The position numbers were made by a program, and so were the translations under genes. From a bacterium (GTDB taxonomy: Bacteria > RBG-13-61-14 > DATKZS01): 64,000 nt of DNA. The DNA is taken from positions 1,504,001 through 1,568,000 of the forward strand of contig CAXXFL010000001.1 in the NCBI GenBank assembly GCA_963674965.2, in the 5' to 3' direction. Positions 27,095-38,093 of the stretch are shown here, one piece after another (position 1 is the stretch's first letter; every line of letters starts with the position of its first letter). The notes below the pieces were generated by a model that did not search any database, was not told the DNA's origin, and saw nothing but the letters and a program-made list of their open reading frames with translations.

Positions 27095-30000
27095 ATGAAT
27101 AGAGATGGCGGGAAAGTGAAGTCCGAATCGGACGACTTCCTTTCAATTAAAAAAAATTCCAGCAACCATGACTCCTCCCCCAAGGCAACGGACGGAGCCC
27201 GCGAGCTTGCCCCTGAAGTCTACCGCGCCTTGTTCGACTCCGCCGAGGACGGCGTTCTCTTGATGAAACGAGACGTGGTAATCGACTGCAATCCCAGACT
27301 TCTAGAGATATACAAACTGACCAGGGAAGAGGCCATCGGCAGCACTCCTCTCGATTATTCTCCCATTCTTCAGATTGACGGAAGTCTATCCGAAGAATTG
27401 TCTCAGGCAAGAATCGACGCGGCCCTGGCCGGAGAAACCCAGCTTTTCGAGTGGATAAACGTCAACGGCCTGGGCGAGCCCCTTTGGGTTGAGGTCATGC
27501 TTAAGCGATTGGAAGCGGACGAGGATCAATTGGTTTTCGCCGTAATCCGCGACGTCACGAAAAGGAAATTCGAGGAGGAAAAGGAAAGAGCAAGAGCGCG
27601 CGCCGTCCGCGAGCGTCACGCGGTAATAGTTGAACTGGGAAAGGACGAGCGTCTTATCCAGGGGGACCTAGTGGGTTTTGCCAAGCGTCTTTGCGAGGCC
27701 GCCGCCGAGGCCATCGAGGTCGACAGGGTCGGGCTGTGGACGCTAAAGGACGAGGGAAGGGTGCTCGAGTGCATGAACATGTACGAGCGCTCTCCCAAAA
27801 AACACTCCAGCGGCCAGTCAATTGACGCCGGGGAATACCCGAGCTATTTTCAAGCGCTCGAGACGGGACGGGCCATACAGGCCGACAATGCTCCTCTCGA
27901 CCCCCGATTTTGCGAGCTTAAGGATTCTTACCTTATTCCTAACGATATAAAGTCGATGATGGACGCGCCCATACGAATATCGGGAAAAGTCGTGGGCGTC
28001 GTGTGTCACGAGAGCGTGGGCAAACCGATAAAATGGCATGGAGACGAGATCGCCTTCGCCGGAGAGATAGCCGATCTGGCCGCCATCGCCATGATCAATG
28101 AGGACCGGATGAGGGCTGAGGAGGCCCTGCGCGCCAGCGAGGAAAAATACCGGCTTTTATTCGACGCCTCTCCCGAGTCCATTACCCTCGTGGGGCTTGA
28201 CGGCCGGATAATGGACATGAATCCCGCCAACGACGACCTGTTGGGCTATAACCAGTCCAATACGGTGGGCAGACCCTTCATGGATCTGGAAAGCATCGAT
28301 CCCGCGGAACTGCCTCGGTTTATCGACGTTTTCCAGAGGCTGGTAAAAGGAGAAAAAGTCGAGCCCATCGAGCTGAAAACGGTGGACGCCAAGGGCAATC
28401 CCCGGTGGATCGAGTCCTATCCCAGTCCCCTGAAAAGAGGAGGCGAGGTATACGCCATCCTGGTCGTCTCTCGTGAGGTTACCGAAAGAAGGAACGCCGA
28501 GGAAGCCATCCGGCGCTCGGAAATCGAATACCGCGCAACCATCGACGCCATGCGAGACATGATCCACGTGGTGGACCAGGACTTGAAGATCATTCTGGCC
28601 AACGCGTCGATTCTGAGGGCCTTGAGCGAATTCGGCTACTCCACCGACGTGGAGGGCAAGACGCCCTTCGACCTTTTCCCTTTTCTTGACGACACGGTTC
28701 GCCGGGAATATGAAGAGGTCTTCAGGGATGGTAAAGCGCTTGTAACCGCGGAGTCCTTCATCATCGGGGGAAAGGAAAAATTCAGCGAGACGATTAAAAT
28801 TCCGATCCATGACGGATTTATGGTTAAGAGAGTTTTGACCGTTATTCGCGACGTGACGGAAAAAAAGATGGCCGAGAAGGCCCTTGTACGGAGCGAGGCC
28901 AAGTACCGGGAGTTGGTGGAAAACGCCAACAGCATCATCCTCAGGATGGACCCGGAGGGCAAGGTGACTTTTTTCAACGAGTTCGCCCAGCGCTTTTTCG
29001 GCTTCTCCGAGGAGGAAATCCTGGGCAGGAACGTGGTGGGAACGATCGTGCCCGAGACCGACGTGACCGGCCGGGACCTTCGGATTATGGTCCAGGACAT
29101 CGGCCGCAACACGGACCTATATCGAACTAACGAAAACGAGAACGTCAAGCGCGACGGGGAGAGGGTGTGGGTCGCCTGGACGAACAAGGCCGTTTGCGAC
29201 GCCGATGGGAATATCGTCGAGATACTTTGCATAGGAAACGATATCACCTCGAGAAAGCGCGCGGAAGAGGAAAGAGTGAGGCTCGAGCATCAGTTGCAGC
29301 AGGCGCGAAAACTTCAGGCAGTGGGACAGCTCGCCGGAGGCGTGGCCCATGACTTCAATAACCTGCTCACCCCGATCCTCGGTTACTCGGAGATGATCCT
29401 GGCCAACCTCAAAAATGACGACGCGGCCGCCGAGGGTATAAAGGAGATCAGGGAGGCCGCCTTTCGCGCCCGCGACCTGACCCGGCAGCTTCTGGCCGTG
29501 AGCCGCAAGCAGGTCATTCAGATGAAGGTCATTAATCTTTCCAGGGTCATTACCGGCATGGAAAAGATGCTGACCAGGACCATAAGGGAAAACGTCGAGA
29601 TTAAAATTGAAATCGAGACGGACCTGAAAAACGTGAAAGCGGACCTATCTCAGATCGAGCAAATTATTCTGAACCTCGCCGTTAACGCCCAGGACTCGAT
29701 GCCCGACGGAGGGACCATGTGGATCAAGGCCGGCAACGATTTCATTTCAAGGGATAGGCGGGAGGAGTTCCAGGACCTTAGGCCGGGTAACTACGCCGTA
29801 ATTTCAGTGATCGACACGGGCGTGGGCATGGATGAGGAGACCCGGGAGAGGGTCTTCGAGCCCTTCTTCACCACCAAGGACATGGGCAAGGGCACCGGCC
29901 TGGGCCTGGCCACCGTTTACGGGGTGGTCAAACAGCATCAGGGCCACGCCTTCGTCGCCAGCGAGCCGGGAAAAGGATCGACCTTTAAAATATATTTGCC

Positions 30001-30430
30001 CGCCGTGGACCAGGAGGCCCATTCGGGAATGGAAGAAGGCTCGCCGTCCGCTGAGAGGGGAAGCGCGGAAAGGATTATGGTGGTGGAGGACAATGAGCAG
30101 GTCCGGGAACTGACAAGGGAAATACTCGAGCATTACGGATACGAGGTCATCTGCGCGGCGGACGCCGAGGACTGCATGAAAAAGCTGGGCCGGGAACGGC
30201 GAGGAATCGACGTTCTTCTTACCGACGTTATTATGCCCAGGATGAGCGGAAGAGTTCTTTATGAAAAGCTTTCCCCCCAGATGCCCGGCCTTAAAGTGAT
30301 ATATATGTCGGGATACGCCGACAATGAACTGGCCCATCACGGCGTGGCCGATGGGAAGACGAACTTCATCCAGAAACCCTTTTCAGTGGACGATCTTATT
30401 AACATGGTTCGGGAGACGTTGAAGGAATGA
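27095..30430 (+). CDS. Cytoplasmic hybrid histidine kinase (PAS-GAF-PAS-PAS-PAS-HisKA-HATPase-REC)
   Basis: [50 protein letters not shown]; exact start uncertain. Confidence 0.92.
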   Translation: MNRDGGKVKSESDDFLSIKKNSSNHDSSPKATDGARELAPEVYRALFDSAEDGVLLMKRDVVIDCNPRLLEIYKLTREEAIGSTPLDYSPILQIDGSLSEELSQARIDAALAGETQLFEWINVNGLGEPLWVEVMLKRLEADEDQLVFAVIRDVTKRKFEEEKERARARAVRERHAVIVELGKDERLIQGDLVGFAKRLCEAAAEAIEVDRVGLWTLKDEGRVLECMNMYERSPKKHSSGQSIDAGEYPSYFQALETGRAIQADNAPLDPRFCELKDSYLIPNDIKSMMDAPIRISGKVVGVVCHESVGKPIKWHGDEIAFAGEIADLAAIAMINEDRMRAEEALRASEEKYRLLFDASPESITLVGLDGRIMDMNPANDDLLGYNQSNTVGRPFMDLESIDPAELPRFIDVFQRLVKGEKVEPIELKTVDAKGNPRWIESYPSPLKRGGEVYAILVVSREVTERRNAEEAIRRSEIEYRATIDAMRDMIHVVDQDLKIILANASILRALSEFGYSTDVEGKTPFDLFPFLDDTVRREYEEVFRDGKALVTAESFIIGGKEKFSETIKIPIHDGFMVKRVLTVIRDVTEKKMAEKALVRSEAKYRELVENANSIILRMDPEGKVTFFNEFAQRFFGFSEEEILGRNVVGTIVPETDVTGRDLRIMVQDIGRNTDLYRTNENENVKRDGERVWVAWTNKAVCDADGNIVEILCIGNDITSRKRAEEERVRLEHQLQQARKLQAVGQLAGGVAHDFNNLLTPILGYSEMILANLKNDDAAAEGIKEIREAAFRARDLTRQLLAVSRKQVIQMKVINLSRVITGMEKMLTRTIRENVEIKIEIETDLKNVKADLSQIEQIILNLAVNAQDSMPDGGTMWIKAGNDFISRDRREEFQDLRPGNYAVISVIDTGVGMDEETRERVFEPFFTTKDMGKGTGLGLATVYGVVKQHQGHAFVASEPGKGSTFKIYLPAVDQEAHSGMEEGSPSAERGSAERIMVVEDNEQVRELTREILEHYGYEVICAADAEDCMKKLGRERRGIDVLLTDVIMPRMSGRVLYEKLSPQMPGLKVIYMSGYADNELAHHGVADGKTNFIQKPFSVDDLINMVRETLKE

Positions 30431-30465
30431 GAAATGACGCTCTCACGCCCAAAACCTCGCCTTCT

Positions 30466-30494
30466 TTGACAATCCTTGGCCGATTTTCTAGAAT
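30466..30494 (+). promoter_or_regulatory. Sigma70-type promoter for the DEAD-box helicase
   Basis: TTGACA, 17 nt, TAGAAT. Confidence 0.7.
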
Positions 30495-30633
30495 ATAAGG
30501 GAATGGAAGATGAATTATTTGTTCAACGCGGACCCCGCCCCCCACGGAGGCCGCCACGCCCACCTGACAATATTTATTTTCATTAACGAATTTTTTAAAC
30601 GGCAAAGTCCGTCCGGATCGGACTGGAGGATAT

Positions 30634-31893
30634 ATGGACCCCAAACAAAAAGAAGAGACCAAACTCCTTGAGGAGGAGGCCGATTTTTCCGATACAATGG
30701 AAACGCCGGAGGAACCGGATTTCGAGAACGCCGAGCCCATTGACCGGTTTTTATGGCTCGGCCTGACCGAGGACGCGGCCAAGGGAGCGGTTGAAGCCGG
30801 CTTCGAGGCCCCCACCGAAATCCAGCGTAAAGTCATTCCCGCCGTGGTCGAGGGTTACGACGTGGTCGCCTGTTCCGAGACGGGAAGCGGCAAGACGGCG
30901 TCCTTCGCGCTTCCCATCCTGGACAGGATTCGATACAGCTCGCCTTTTGTCCAGGTGCTGGTGCTGGTCCCCACTCGAGAGCTTTGCCGCCAGGTGGCCG
31001 AGTCCTTCCGGGAGCTGGCGGGAGGACATAAGGTCAAGGTGGCCGAGATTTACGGCGGCATGAGCTACACGGGACAGCGCAGGGCCTTGGCCGACAAGCC
31101 TCAGGTGGTGGTGGGCGCCCCGGGAAGAGTGCTGGACCTGATGGGATCGCGCGACCTGGATTTTAAAGACGTGGAAATACTGGTGCTGGACGAGGCCGAC
31201 CGCATGCTCGACATGGGCTTCATGCCCCAGATTTCCGAGATCATCGCCAAGGTGCCCATGGAGCGGCAAAACCTCATGTTTTCGGCCACCATCCCCGAGC
31301 AGGTCTCGAGGTTCGTGAAGCTATGCCTGTCGGACCCCGTAAACATCGTGGTGGGAACAAGGACCAGGCCGCCCGACCGGGTTATCCAGCAGGCCCTGGA
31401 CGTTATGCCCTCGGAAAAGGACGCCAGGCTGGTCGAGATTGTGGCCCAGGAGCCGGGTACCATACTGATTTTTACCGCCACCAAGGTGGGCGCCGACAAG
31501 GTGCACAGGCTTTTGGTCAACGCCGGACAGAAGGCGTGCGTCATCCACGCCGACCGGGCCCAGGCGGAAAGAAAGAAGTCCCTTGACGGTTTTTCCTGTG
31601 GCAAGTACCGGATCATGGTGGCCACAGACGTGGCCCAAAGAGGACTCGACATATCGGGCATATCTCTCGTGGTCAACTACGACCTGCCCAACACGGTCGA
31701 GGACTACGTTCACAGAATAGGAAGAACGGGAAGGGCAAACACGCCCGGCCGCGCCCTCTCCTTGGTTACCTACAAGGAATACGCGCTGATTAAGAATATC
31801 CAGAAGGTGACCGGACACAAGTTCGAAAATTTCGGACCGCCCGGCCGGATCATGGATAGAAGGGCCAACTTGAAAAGAAGAAAGCGAGACTAA
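30634..31893 (+). CDS. DEAD-box RNA helicase
   Basis: Q motif, TGSGKT, PTREL, DEAD, SAT, RGLD, HRIGRTGRA. Confidence 0.95.
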   Translation: MDPKQKEETKLLEEEADFSDTMETPEEPDFENAEPIDRFLWLGLTEDAAKGAVEAGFEAPTEIQRKVIPAVVEGYDVVACSETGSGKTASFALPILDRIRYSSPFVQVLVLVPTRELCRQVAESFRELAGGHKVKVAEIYGGMSYTGQRRALADKPQVVVGAPGRVLDLMGSRDLDFKDVEILVLDEADRMLDMGFMPQISEIIAKVPMERQNLMFSATIPEQVSRFVKLCLSDPVNIVVGTRTRPPDRVIQQALDVMPSEKDARLVEIVAQEPGTILIFTATKVGADKVHRLLVNAGQKACVIHADRAQAERKKSLDGFSCGKYRIMVATDVAQRGLDISGISLVVNYDLPNTVEDYVHRIGRTGRANTPGRALSLVTYKEYALIKNIQKVTGHKFENFGPPGRIMDRRANLKRRKRD

Positions 31894-32211
31894 CATCTCC
31901 GCCTATTTTGCCAATCGAGCTCGAGCGTCGATAAAAAGGTTCATGGGTTGCAATCTTACGCCGCGGCGGCTATCCATTATTTCCGCGTGGGAACCAACCG
32001 GACTTCACATTTTTCCCTTTTTAACCATGGACAAACAAGGCTCAATAAGGGCGCTGCTCTTTTTTCGCCAGTCCTCTTAAGCCGATAGGAACTGGGAGGC
32101 GATGTCTCTGATTGACGCATTGGGCATGAAATCGCAACGCGTTCGTAGCGACATTGCAACTTGCGCACTCTAGAACAAAGGCCGAGGGCAAAAGCAGGAA
32201 CTGTAATTAGA

Positions 32212-32397
32212 GAGCTTCTTGCAAAAGTCCTTTTCTTTGCGGCATAGCCGCTTTGGAGTGCGGTCGCTTGAGACCGCTTTCGATGGCCTTGGCTTGACAA
32301 GGCCTATTAATACACCGGCTTGCCTCGCGTCAAGCCGCTCGGAAGAAAAGCGGCGTCGAGCCGCCGCACTCCAAAGCGGGAATTTTGCAAGAGGCTC
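32212..32397. mobile_element. 186-bp MITE with terminal inverted repeats and a 4-bp target duplication
   Basis: TIRs GAGCTTCTTGCAAAAGTCC / GGAATTTTGCAAGAGGCTC (17 of 19 matching); flanked by TAGA at 32208-32211 and 32398-32401. Confidence 0.75.
32248..32379. repeat. Inverted REP doublet (REPIN-like) inside the MITE
   Basis: Perfect 16-bp inverted repeat CCGCTTTGGAGTGCGG (32248-32263 / 32364-32379); GGAG-headed hairpins and two further internal hairpins. Confidence 0.75.
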
Positions 32398-32712
32398 TAG
32401 AAGCTAATATTTAAAGCAAAGGCTCGCGATCTTTGATAGTCGAGGCAATGATAGCGCTCAAAACACGGAATGAGGGGTTGCATCCCGCAACAAAAAACAT
32501 CCGTTTATTGCGCATAAAATCCTAGTAAGTCAATGATTTTAGTGCAAATTATAATTTTTTTATTTCTTGACTCTAAGTTTTTTTATGTTGTAATATATAT
32601 GGAGTAATTCCATGCTGTAACTCCCCGATATTAAAGAATCCGGCGAGAAGTTAATTCAACGATAACGTTATGTAAATAGTTTGGGACGTATACAAAAAGG
32701 GAGGTTTATACA

Positions 32713-34101
32713 ATGTCGGAACCCGCCAAAGACGAAGGTAAAAAACAGCTTGGCCTGTCCGAGCGAAAATTCGTCTTCCACATCGAGAACGCGCCCACCG
32801 GCGACAGGGTTGGCCAGTTCCTTAAGGCTTTCGCGGCTGCAATGGAACATACCAACTATCGGGGCGCCCTGGATATTTATTCCAGGTCCACGGCCAAGTG
32901 CGCGAGGTGCGCGGTGGCTTGCCCCATTTACGAGGTCACCGGAAACGACACGGACGTGCCGTGTTACCGTACCAACATCGTCCTCAATATTTATCGGAGA
33001 TACTTCCAGCCTTTCGGCGCCATAAGGACCCTCGGCTGGCACCTGACCGAGGGACTCATCGATGAGCTTATGGAAAGCGTATGGCGTTGCACGGCCTGCA
33101 GGAAATGCATGATGGAGTGCCCCATGGGCATCGACCACGGTTTGATGGCGCATTTCACCCGTTATATCTTCTCCGAGATCGGGATCATGCCCAAGGCCCT
33201 GCGCGTGAGCGTTCGCGAGCAGCTCGAGGGCAACACCAAGAACACCTCGGCCATTCCCGTCCCGGCGCTTACCGACACCCTCGAGTTCCTCGAGGAGGAA
33301 CTCCTGGAGATCACCGGTCAGGAGATAAAGTTCCCCATCGACCTGGCGGGCGCCGACTACCTCTTCGCCCCCGCCGTGAGCGACTTCATGATGGAGGCCG
33401 ACACCCTCATGGGCAACGCCGCCGTCATGCACGCCACGGGCTACGCCAAGCGCTGGACCATCGGCACCGGCGACTACGACGGCATCAACTACGGCCTCTT
33501 TTACAGCGACTGGGTCTGGGACAAGGTGGTCAACCAGCTCGCCCGTGAGGCCGACAGGCTCAAATGCCCCACTATCATGATCGGCGAGTGCGGACACGCC
33601 TCCCGCTCGGCCAAGGTCGGCGTTCCCCTCTTCGGACGGGAATTCGCCCGGCCCGTCGTCAACTGCATGGAGTTCGCCCACCGCATGCTCAAGGAGGGCA
33701 AGCTTCCGCTTATAAAGAACGCCATTACCGAGCCGGTCACCTACCACGACCCGTGCAACATAGCCAGGATCGGCTGGATCGTCGAGCAGCCCCGCGAGCT
33801 TATCCGGGCCTTCTGTAAGGATTTCCGTGAAATGACGCCGAACAAGCGTTATAACTACTGCTGCGGCGGCGGCGGCGGATCGGTCTCGTGCGACGAGACC
33901 TACGAGTACCGCATGGAGGTCGGCGGCAGAAGGAAAGTCGAGCAGATGAGGGCCACGGGCGCCAAGTACGTTATCGCCCCCTGCGCCAACTGCAAGAAGC
34001 AGGTCAAGGAACTAATCGACTACCACAAGCTGGACATGGAGTTGGTGGGACTTCACGACCTGATTCTCAAGGCCATCGACTGGGACAAAGTGAAGTACTG
34101 A
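32713..34101 (+). CDS. HmcF/TmcB/DsrK-like Fe-S protein with CCG domains
   Basis: CTACRKCMMECP, GECGHA, YHDPCN, CCGGGGG, PCANCK. Confidence 0.88.
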   Translation: MSEPAKDEGKKQLGLSERKFVFHIENAPTGDRVGQFLKAFAAAMEHTNYRGALDIYSRSTAKCARCAVACPIYEVTGNDTDVPCYRTNIVLNIYRRYFQPFGAIRTLGWHLTEGLIDELMESVWRCTACRKCMMECPMGIDHGLMAHFTRYIFSEIGIMPKALRVSVREQLEGNTKNTSAIPVPALTDTLEFLEEELLEITGQEIKFPIDLAGADYLFAPAVSDFMMEADTLMGNAAVMHATGYAKRWTIGTGDYDGINYGLFYSDWVWDKVVNQLAREADRLKCPTIMIGECGHASRSAKVGVPLFGREFARPVVNCMEFAHRMLKEGKLPLIKNAITEPVTYHDPCNIARIGWIVEQPRELIRAFCKDFREMTPNKRYNYCCGGGGGSVSCDETYEYRMEVGGRRKVEQMRATGAKYVIAPCANCKKQVKELIDYHKLDMELVGLHDLILKAIDWDKVKY

Positions 34102-34116
34102 GTAAGGAGCAGTTAA

Positions 34117-34827
34117 ATGGACAAGATATTGGATTTCGTCGGAGGACCGCTTTTTACGGCCGCTTTCCTCTTCATGGCCCTGGGACTTCTCAGGCTGGTA
34201 ATCCTGCAGATTTATGAAATCACCAGGGTCATGGTCAACACTCGGGATAAAACCTATCCCTGGTCCAAAAATTTCAAGGAGTTCTTCTCCTGGGCCGTTC
34301 CCGGAAAAAACCACGTCAGGGTCAAGCCCATATTCTCGGTGGCCAGCTTCATATTCCATATCGGCCTGGTGCTGGTCCCCATCTTCTTCGTGGGTCACCT
34401 GGCCCTGTGGAAAAGCGGTCTGGGAATGTCGGGCCCGGCCGCTGGACTTAACTACCCCATCTCGACCGCGCTGACCATCGTGACCATCGCGGCGGGAGTC
34501 TTCATGCTTTGCTACCGTATCTTCAGCCAGAGCATGAGGTTCCTCAGCGGCTTCATGGATTATTTCCTGCTCGTCCTTCTTCTAGTGCCCTTTATCACCG
34601 GGTTCCTTATGGTCCATCCCGCCCTCTTGCCCGTGAGCTATAACGCGATGTACCTGGTGCATATGCTCAGCGCCGAGTTGGTGATATTCCTCATCCCCCT
34701 TACCAAGATGGCCCACGTCATACTCTATCCTTTCGACCGCTTCAGCTCGGACCTTTACTGGCGCCTCACTGGCGAGGGATCGCATAAGGTCGCCGAGATC
34801 ATGCGGGGCGACGACCTCAAGGCCTGA
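34117..34827 (+). CDS. HmcE/TmcC/NarI-like membrane cytochrome b subunit
   Basis: Five TMs; candidate heme His in FHIGL, GHLALW, VHMLS, KMAHV. Confidence 0.82.
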   Translation: MDKILDFVGGPLFTAAFLFMALGLLRLVILQIYEITRVMVNTRDKTYPWSKNFKEFFSWAVPGKNHVRVKPIFSVASFIFHIGLVLVPIFFVGHLALWKSGLGMSGPAAGLNYPISTALTIVTIAAGVFMLCYRIFSQSMRFLSGFMDYFLLVLLLVPFITGFLMVHPALLPVSYNAMYLVHMLSAELVIFLIPLTKMAHVILYPFDRFSSDLYWRLTGEGSHKVAEIMRGDDLKA

Positions 34828-34847
34828 GGAAGCGAAGGAGATAAAGC

Positions 34848-35720
34848 ATGACCTACGCCATGAGAGTATTAAGGGACATTCTTTGGATAGTCGTTTTCTT
34901 CGCCGTGTCCGTGCTTATATACAGGGCCGTTACCGGCGCTCCCCTGGCCACCGGGGCCTCGAACGCCGTTATAGTAATCGCCGCCCTGGCCGCGGGCCTT
35001 CTGGCGATCCTTCCATTCGTGGCCAAGTTCAAGCCGGGAGACCCCAAGCGGGTTACCGCCTTCGACATGACCACCATTACCAGCCAGTTCGCCATGCGCG
35101 ACTCGGCGGCCCGGGTCACCCTGCTGGCCGTCATGGCCGTGCCCCTGGCGGGCGGACTCCTGCACGCGGGCGTCCTGGACGGCAAGCCCTCCCCCAGCCC
35201 CGTGGACGTGCCCAGGGCCAGGGACGCCATGAGGACGGAACTGGTGCTGGACGGGAACAGGAACGGCGACGAGGTGGTTTTCGACCACCGGGGCCACCAG
35301 GAGCGGACCGGCGGCCAGGACGGATGCGTCAAGTGCCACCACTATAGCGCCCCCGGCGACAAGACCTCGTCCTGCTACGGATGCCACGCGGACATGAAGT
35401 CCGAGACCAATATCTTCAACCACGAGTATCATCAAAAGAGGCTGGGGAACGTGGACTCCTGCCCCCAGTGCCACGGCGACTATCAGGAAAAATCGGCCGC
35501 CGCGGCCAAAGGCTGCGTCGAGTGCCACGCCGAGGACATGGGCCTGAAAAAGGGAGAAAAATTGAATCCCATGGCCCCCAGCTATCCCAACGCCATGCAC
35601 GCGGGCTGCGTGGGATGTCACCGCGAGAACGCGGACAAGACCGACAAGAAGAACCTCTCCGCCTGCGATACCTGCCACCAAGCGGTAGGTCATGAAGCCC
35701 AGGAGCTTGATCTCCAGTAA
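34848..35720 (+). CDS. Membrane-anchored class III (c3-type) hexaheme cytochrome c
   Basis: Six CxxCH (CVKCH, CYGCH, CPQCH, CVECH, CVGCH, CDTCH); VVFDH..H and FNH..H motifs; about 3 N-terminal TMs. Confidence 0.88.
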   Translation: MTYAMRVLRDILWIVVFFAVSVLIYRAVTGAPLATGASNAVIVIAALAAGLLAILPFVAKFKPGDPKRVTAFDMTTITSQFAMRDSAARVTLLAVMAVPLAGGLLHAGVLDGKPSPSPVDVPRARDAMRTELVLDGNRNGDEVVFDHRGHQERTGGQDGCVKCHHYSAPGDKTSSCYGCHADMKSETNIFNHEYHQKRLGNVDSCPQCHGDYQEKSAAAAKGCVECHAEDMGLKKGEKLNPMAPSYPNAMHAGCVGCHRENADKTDKKNLSACDTCHQAVGHEAQELDLQ

Positions 35721-35744
35721 CGGGCCAAGTCATACCGTCTACCA

Positions 35745-35782
35745 GTCGGCTCGGGTCCCTCGGCCCGGGCCGATTTTTTTCT
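35745..35782 (+). terminator. Rho-independent terminator
   Basis: TCGGCTCGGG/CCCGGGCCGA stem followed by T7. Confidence 0.8.
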
Positions 35783-35840
35783 TTATGGCATGACCCGGCC
35801 GAGGACGCTATAATGCGCCTATCGAAAAAAGGAGCGCGTC

Positions 35841-36668
35841 ATGGTTTCATTCAAGGATAAAACGGCCATCGTTACGGGAGGCGGATCGGGCATCGGCAGG
35901 GCCCTGGCGCTCGAGTTCGCGAAACGTCGCTCCAACGTCGTGATAACGGACGTCTCCAAGGAGCGTCTTGACGAGGCGGTGGATGAACTGAATCAAAAGG
36001 GCGTGAGGGCGAAAGGCTATCGCGTGGACCACTCCAGCCTCGAGGAGGTCCAGGAACTGAAGAGGAAGTTCCTCGAGGAGTGGGGCCGGGTCGACTTCAT
36101 GTGCTGTAACGCCGGCGTGGGAGCGGGCGGCCGTATCGAGGAACTGACCGTCTCGGACTGGGAGTGGCTGATGAGGATCAACTTGTGGGGAGCCATTTAC
36201 ATGGTGCAACTTTTCGTTCCCGAGATGATCTCCCAAAAAAGCGGCTCCATACTGATCACGGCCAGCGCCCTGGGCCTTTACGCGGCGCCCGCCATGGCGC
36301 CTTACTCGGCCAGCAAGTTCGCCATGGTCGGCCTGGCCGAGTCGCTTCGCCTCGAGCTTCACGCGCACAATATAAACGTAAGCGTCCTGTGCCCCGGCAT
36401 TATCGACACGAACATAGTTAAGGACGGCCGCGTTTACATGAACGACGAGGAGGGAACCAGCGCCAAGAGCAAGGTGGCCTTGTTCTACAAGACCCGGGGC
36501 ACGCCCCCCTCGGTGGTGGCCAAACACGCTCTCGACGGCCTGGCCCGGGACAAGGGCACTATCCCCTCTCCCCTCCACGCCTGGCCGCCATATATCTTGA
36601 GAAGGCTCTCGCCCGAGTTGTACCAGAAGATTATCAGGTACGTGTTTAAAAAGGGATGGATTCTTTGA
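35841..36668 (+). CDS. Short-chain dehydrogenase/reductase
   Basis: TGGGSGIG, CNAG, YSASK, CPG. Confidence 0.92.
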   Translation: MVSFKDKTAIVTGGGSGIGRALALEFAKRRSNVVITDVSKERLDEAVDELNQKGVRAKGYRVDHSSLEEVQELKRKFLEEWGRVDFMCCNAGVGAGGRIEELTVSDWEWLMRINLWGAIYMVQLFVPEMISQKSGSILITASALGLYAAPAMAPYSASKFAMVGLAESLRLELHAHNINVSVLCPGIIDTNIVKDGRVYMNDEEGTSAKSKVALFYKTRGTPPSVVAKHALDGLARDKGTIPSPLHAWPPYILRRLSPELYQKIIRYVFKKGWIL

Positions 36669-36880
36669 CGCCTCCCGGCCCGATCTCCTGAAAGCATTTT
36701 ACGGCCATATCCGTCTTGGCTTGGCAAATGAAATGAGATAATTTGGATCAAAGGCATACGCCGGCCGGTCCTCGCGGCCACTGGCTGAGCTAATTTTTCT
36801 TCAAATTGACCGCGTACCGACAAGGATGATTCCGCGTGGAACCGGAATTTACGCTGGGCCACCTTCGACAAGGCGTTATA

Positions 36881-38077
36881 TTATCCTGGACTTACGGGCC
36901 TAAGCAGGGCGGCCGTGGCCTTGCCCAGGCGCCAGACTAAAAAGGCGTTGGCCTTGCCCTCCGCCACCTTGGGCGCGACGATGGCCGCCGCCCCGGCGAG
37001 GCCGTCGGCCCCCTGGAAGATGAGTTCCGAGACCTGCTCGAAAATCTCCTCGATCTCGCTCGCCACGTAGGCGTAGACGAAGGCCCGGCCCATGATGGCC
37101 GCCGTGCCGGCCGCTCCCATCCTCAGGTTGTAGACCGCGCAAAGGTCCCCAATTAATTGGAAGCTCGAGTAGGCCACGATAAGGGTATCAACCAGTCCGC
37201 TGGGAGTGGCCGCGGTTTTGAGGCCGACCTTTAACGCCCTGGCCCGGATCACGCGGGAGGCAACGCGATCGAGCCGGGCCTGGAAACCGTCGCGGAACCG
37301 GACAATCCACTCGTCGGCCGCGGGGGCCAGGTCCTTGTTTAGGAGCATTTCCTTTTGCCCGGCCAGGAACTCGAGGTCGTTCGCCTCGAAACCCAGCGCC
37401 GTCAAGCCGACCCTCCCCTTCTTGTCCTTCAGGGGATACTCGGACAGGTACTTCTCGAGCTCGGTCTTGGCCTTGTCAAGTCTGCGGGACGCGACCTTCC
37501 TAAGCTCTCCCCTCTTGGATAACTCGCTTAAAATCTGGAAGCGGACCTCGGGGTTACGGGCCAGACGGGCGTATAAAAAAGCCAGCCTGCCGCCGGCCAG
37601 GGCCACGGCCCCGCTCATAATCCCGAGCGCCCCGTACCACAGGTATTGCGCCCATTGGGGCTGGGAGGCTATCTTGTCCAGCAGGGTGAGGACCTCGTTG
37701 GAAACGACCAGCCCCGCGATGGAGGCCGCCGCCGCGACGAGAAGAAGCGAGGTGGAGTTGAAAAGGAAACGGGGAAGCTTGAAGCTTTGCTTTTCGGTCA
37801 TGATCGCGTCCACGAGCCTTTCCATTTCCTCGTCTTCCCGCCGCCGGATGCTCTCCTTTTCCGCCTCCGTCAAAAAGGACGTGTGGCCGGGAAGCTGGAC
37901 CGGGGTACCGAGCCCCGTGTCGCCCTTGCGGATTCCCTCCGGGAGCAGGTCCGTCTCCGGGCGGGAGGTAACGTCGGCCGCCTTTTTCAGTTCCCGCTCG
38001 GAGGCGATCACCTCCTCCTCCGGGCGAAGCGACATGACCGGAACGCCGGGCCTGGTCTTGACTTTGTTCATTCCCAT
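36881..38077 (-). CDS. ycjF: YcjF-family (DUF697) membrane protein
   Basis: Two TMs, TAATPS..VD, EGKANA...RLG; downstream of ycjX. Confidence 0.78.
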   Translation of the reverse strand: MGMNKVKTRPGVPVMSLRPEEEVIASERELKKAADVTSRPETDLLPEGIRKGDTGLGTPVQLPGHTSFLTEAEKESIRRREDEEMERLVDAIMTEKQSFKLPRFLFNSTSLLLVAAAASIAGLVVSNEVLTLLDKIASQPQWAQYLWYGALGIMSGAVALAGGRLAFLYARLARNPEVRFQILSELSKRGELRKVASRRLDKAKTELEKYLSEYPLKDKKGRVGLTALGFEANDLEFLAGQKEMLLNKDLAPAADEWIVRFRDGFQARLDRVASRVIRARALKVGLKTAATPSGLVDTLIVAYSSFQLIGDLCAVYNLRMGAAGTAAIMGRAFVYAYVASEIEEIFEQVSELIFQGADGLAGAAAIVAPKVAEGKANAFLVWRLGKATAALLRPVSPG

Positions 38078-38093
38078 CCGGTCCTCCTTGGCG

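Noticed and set aside
31977-32407. Short ORFs containing ATALQS / AAALQS
   Set aside because: Spurious translations of the REP/MITE palindromes
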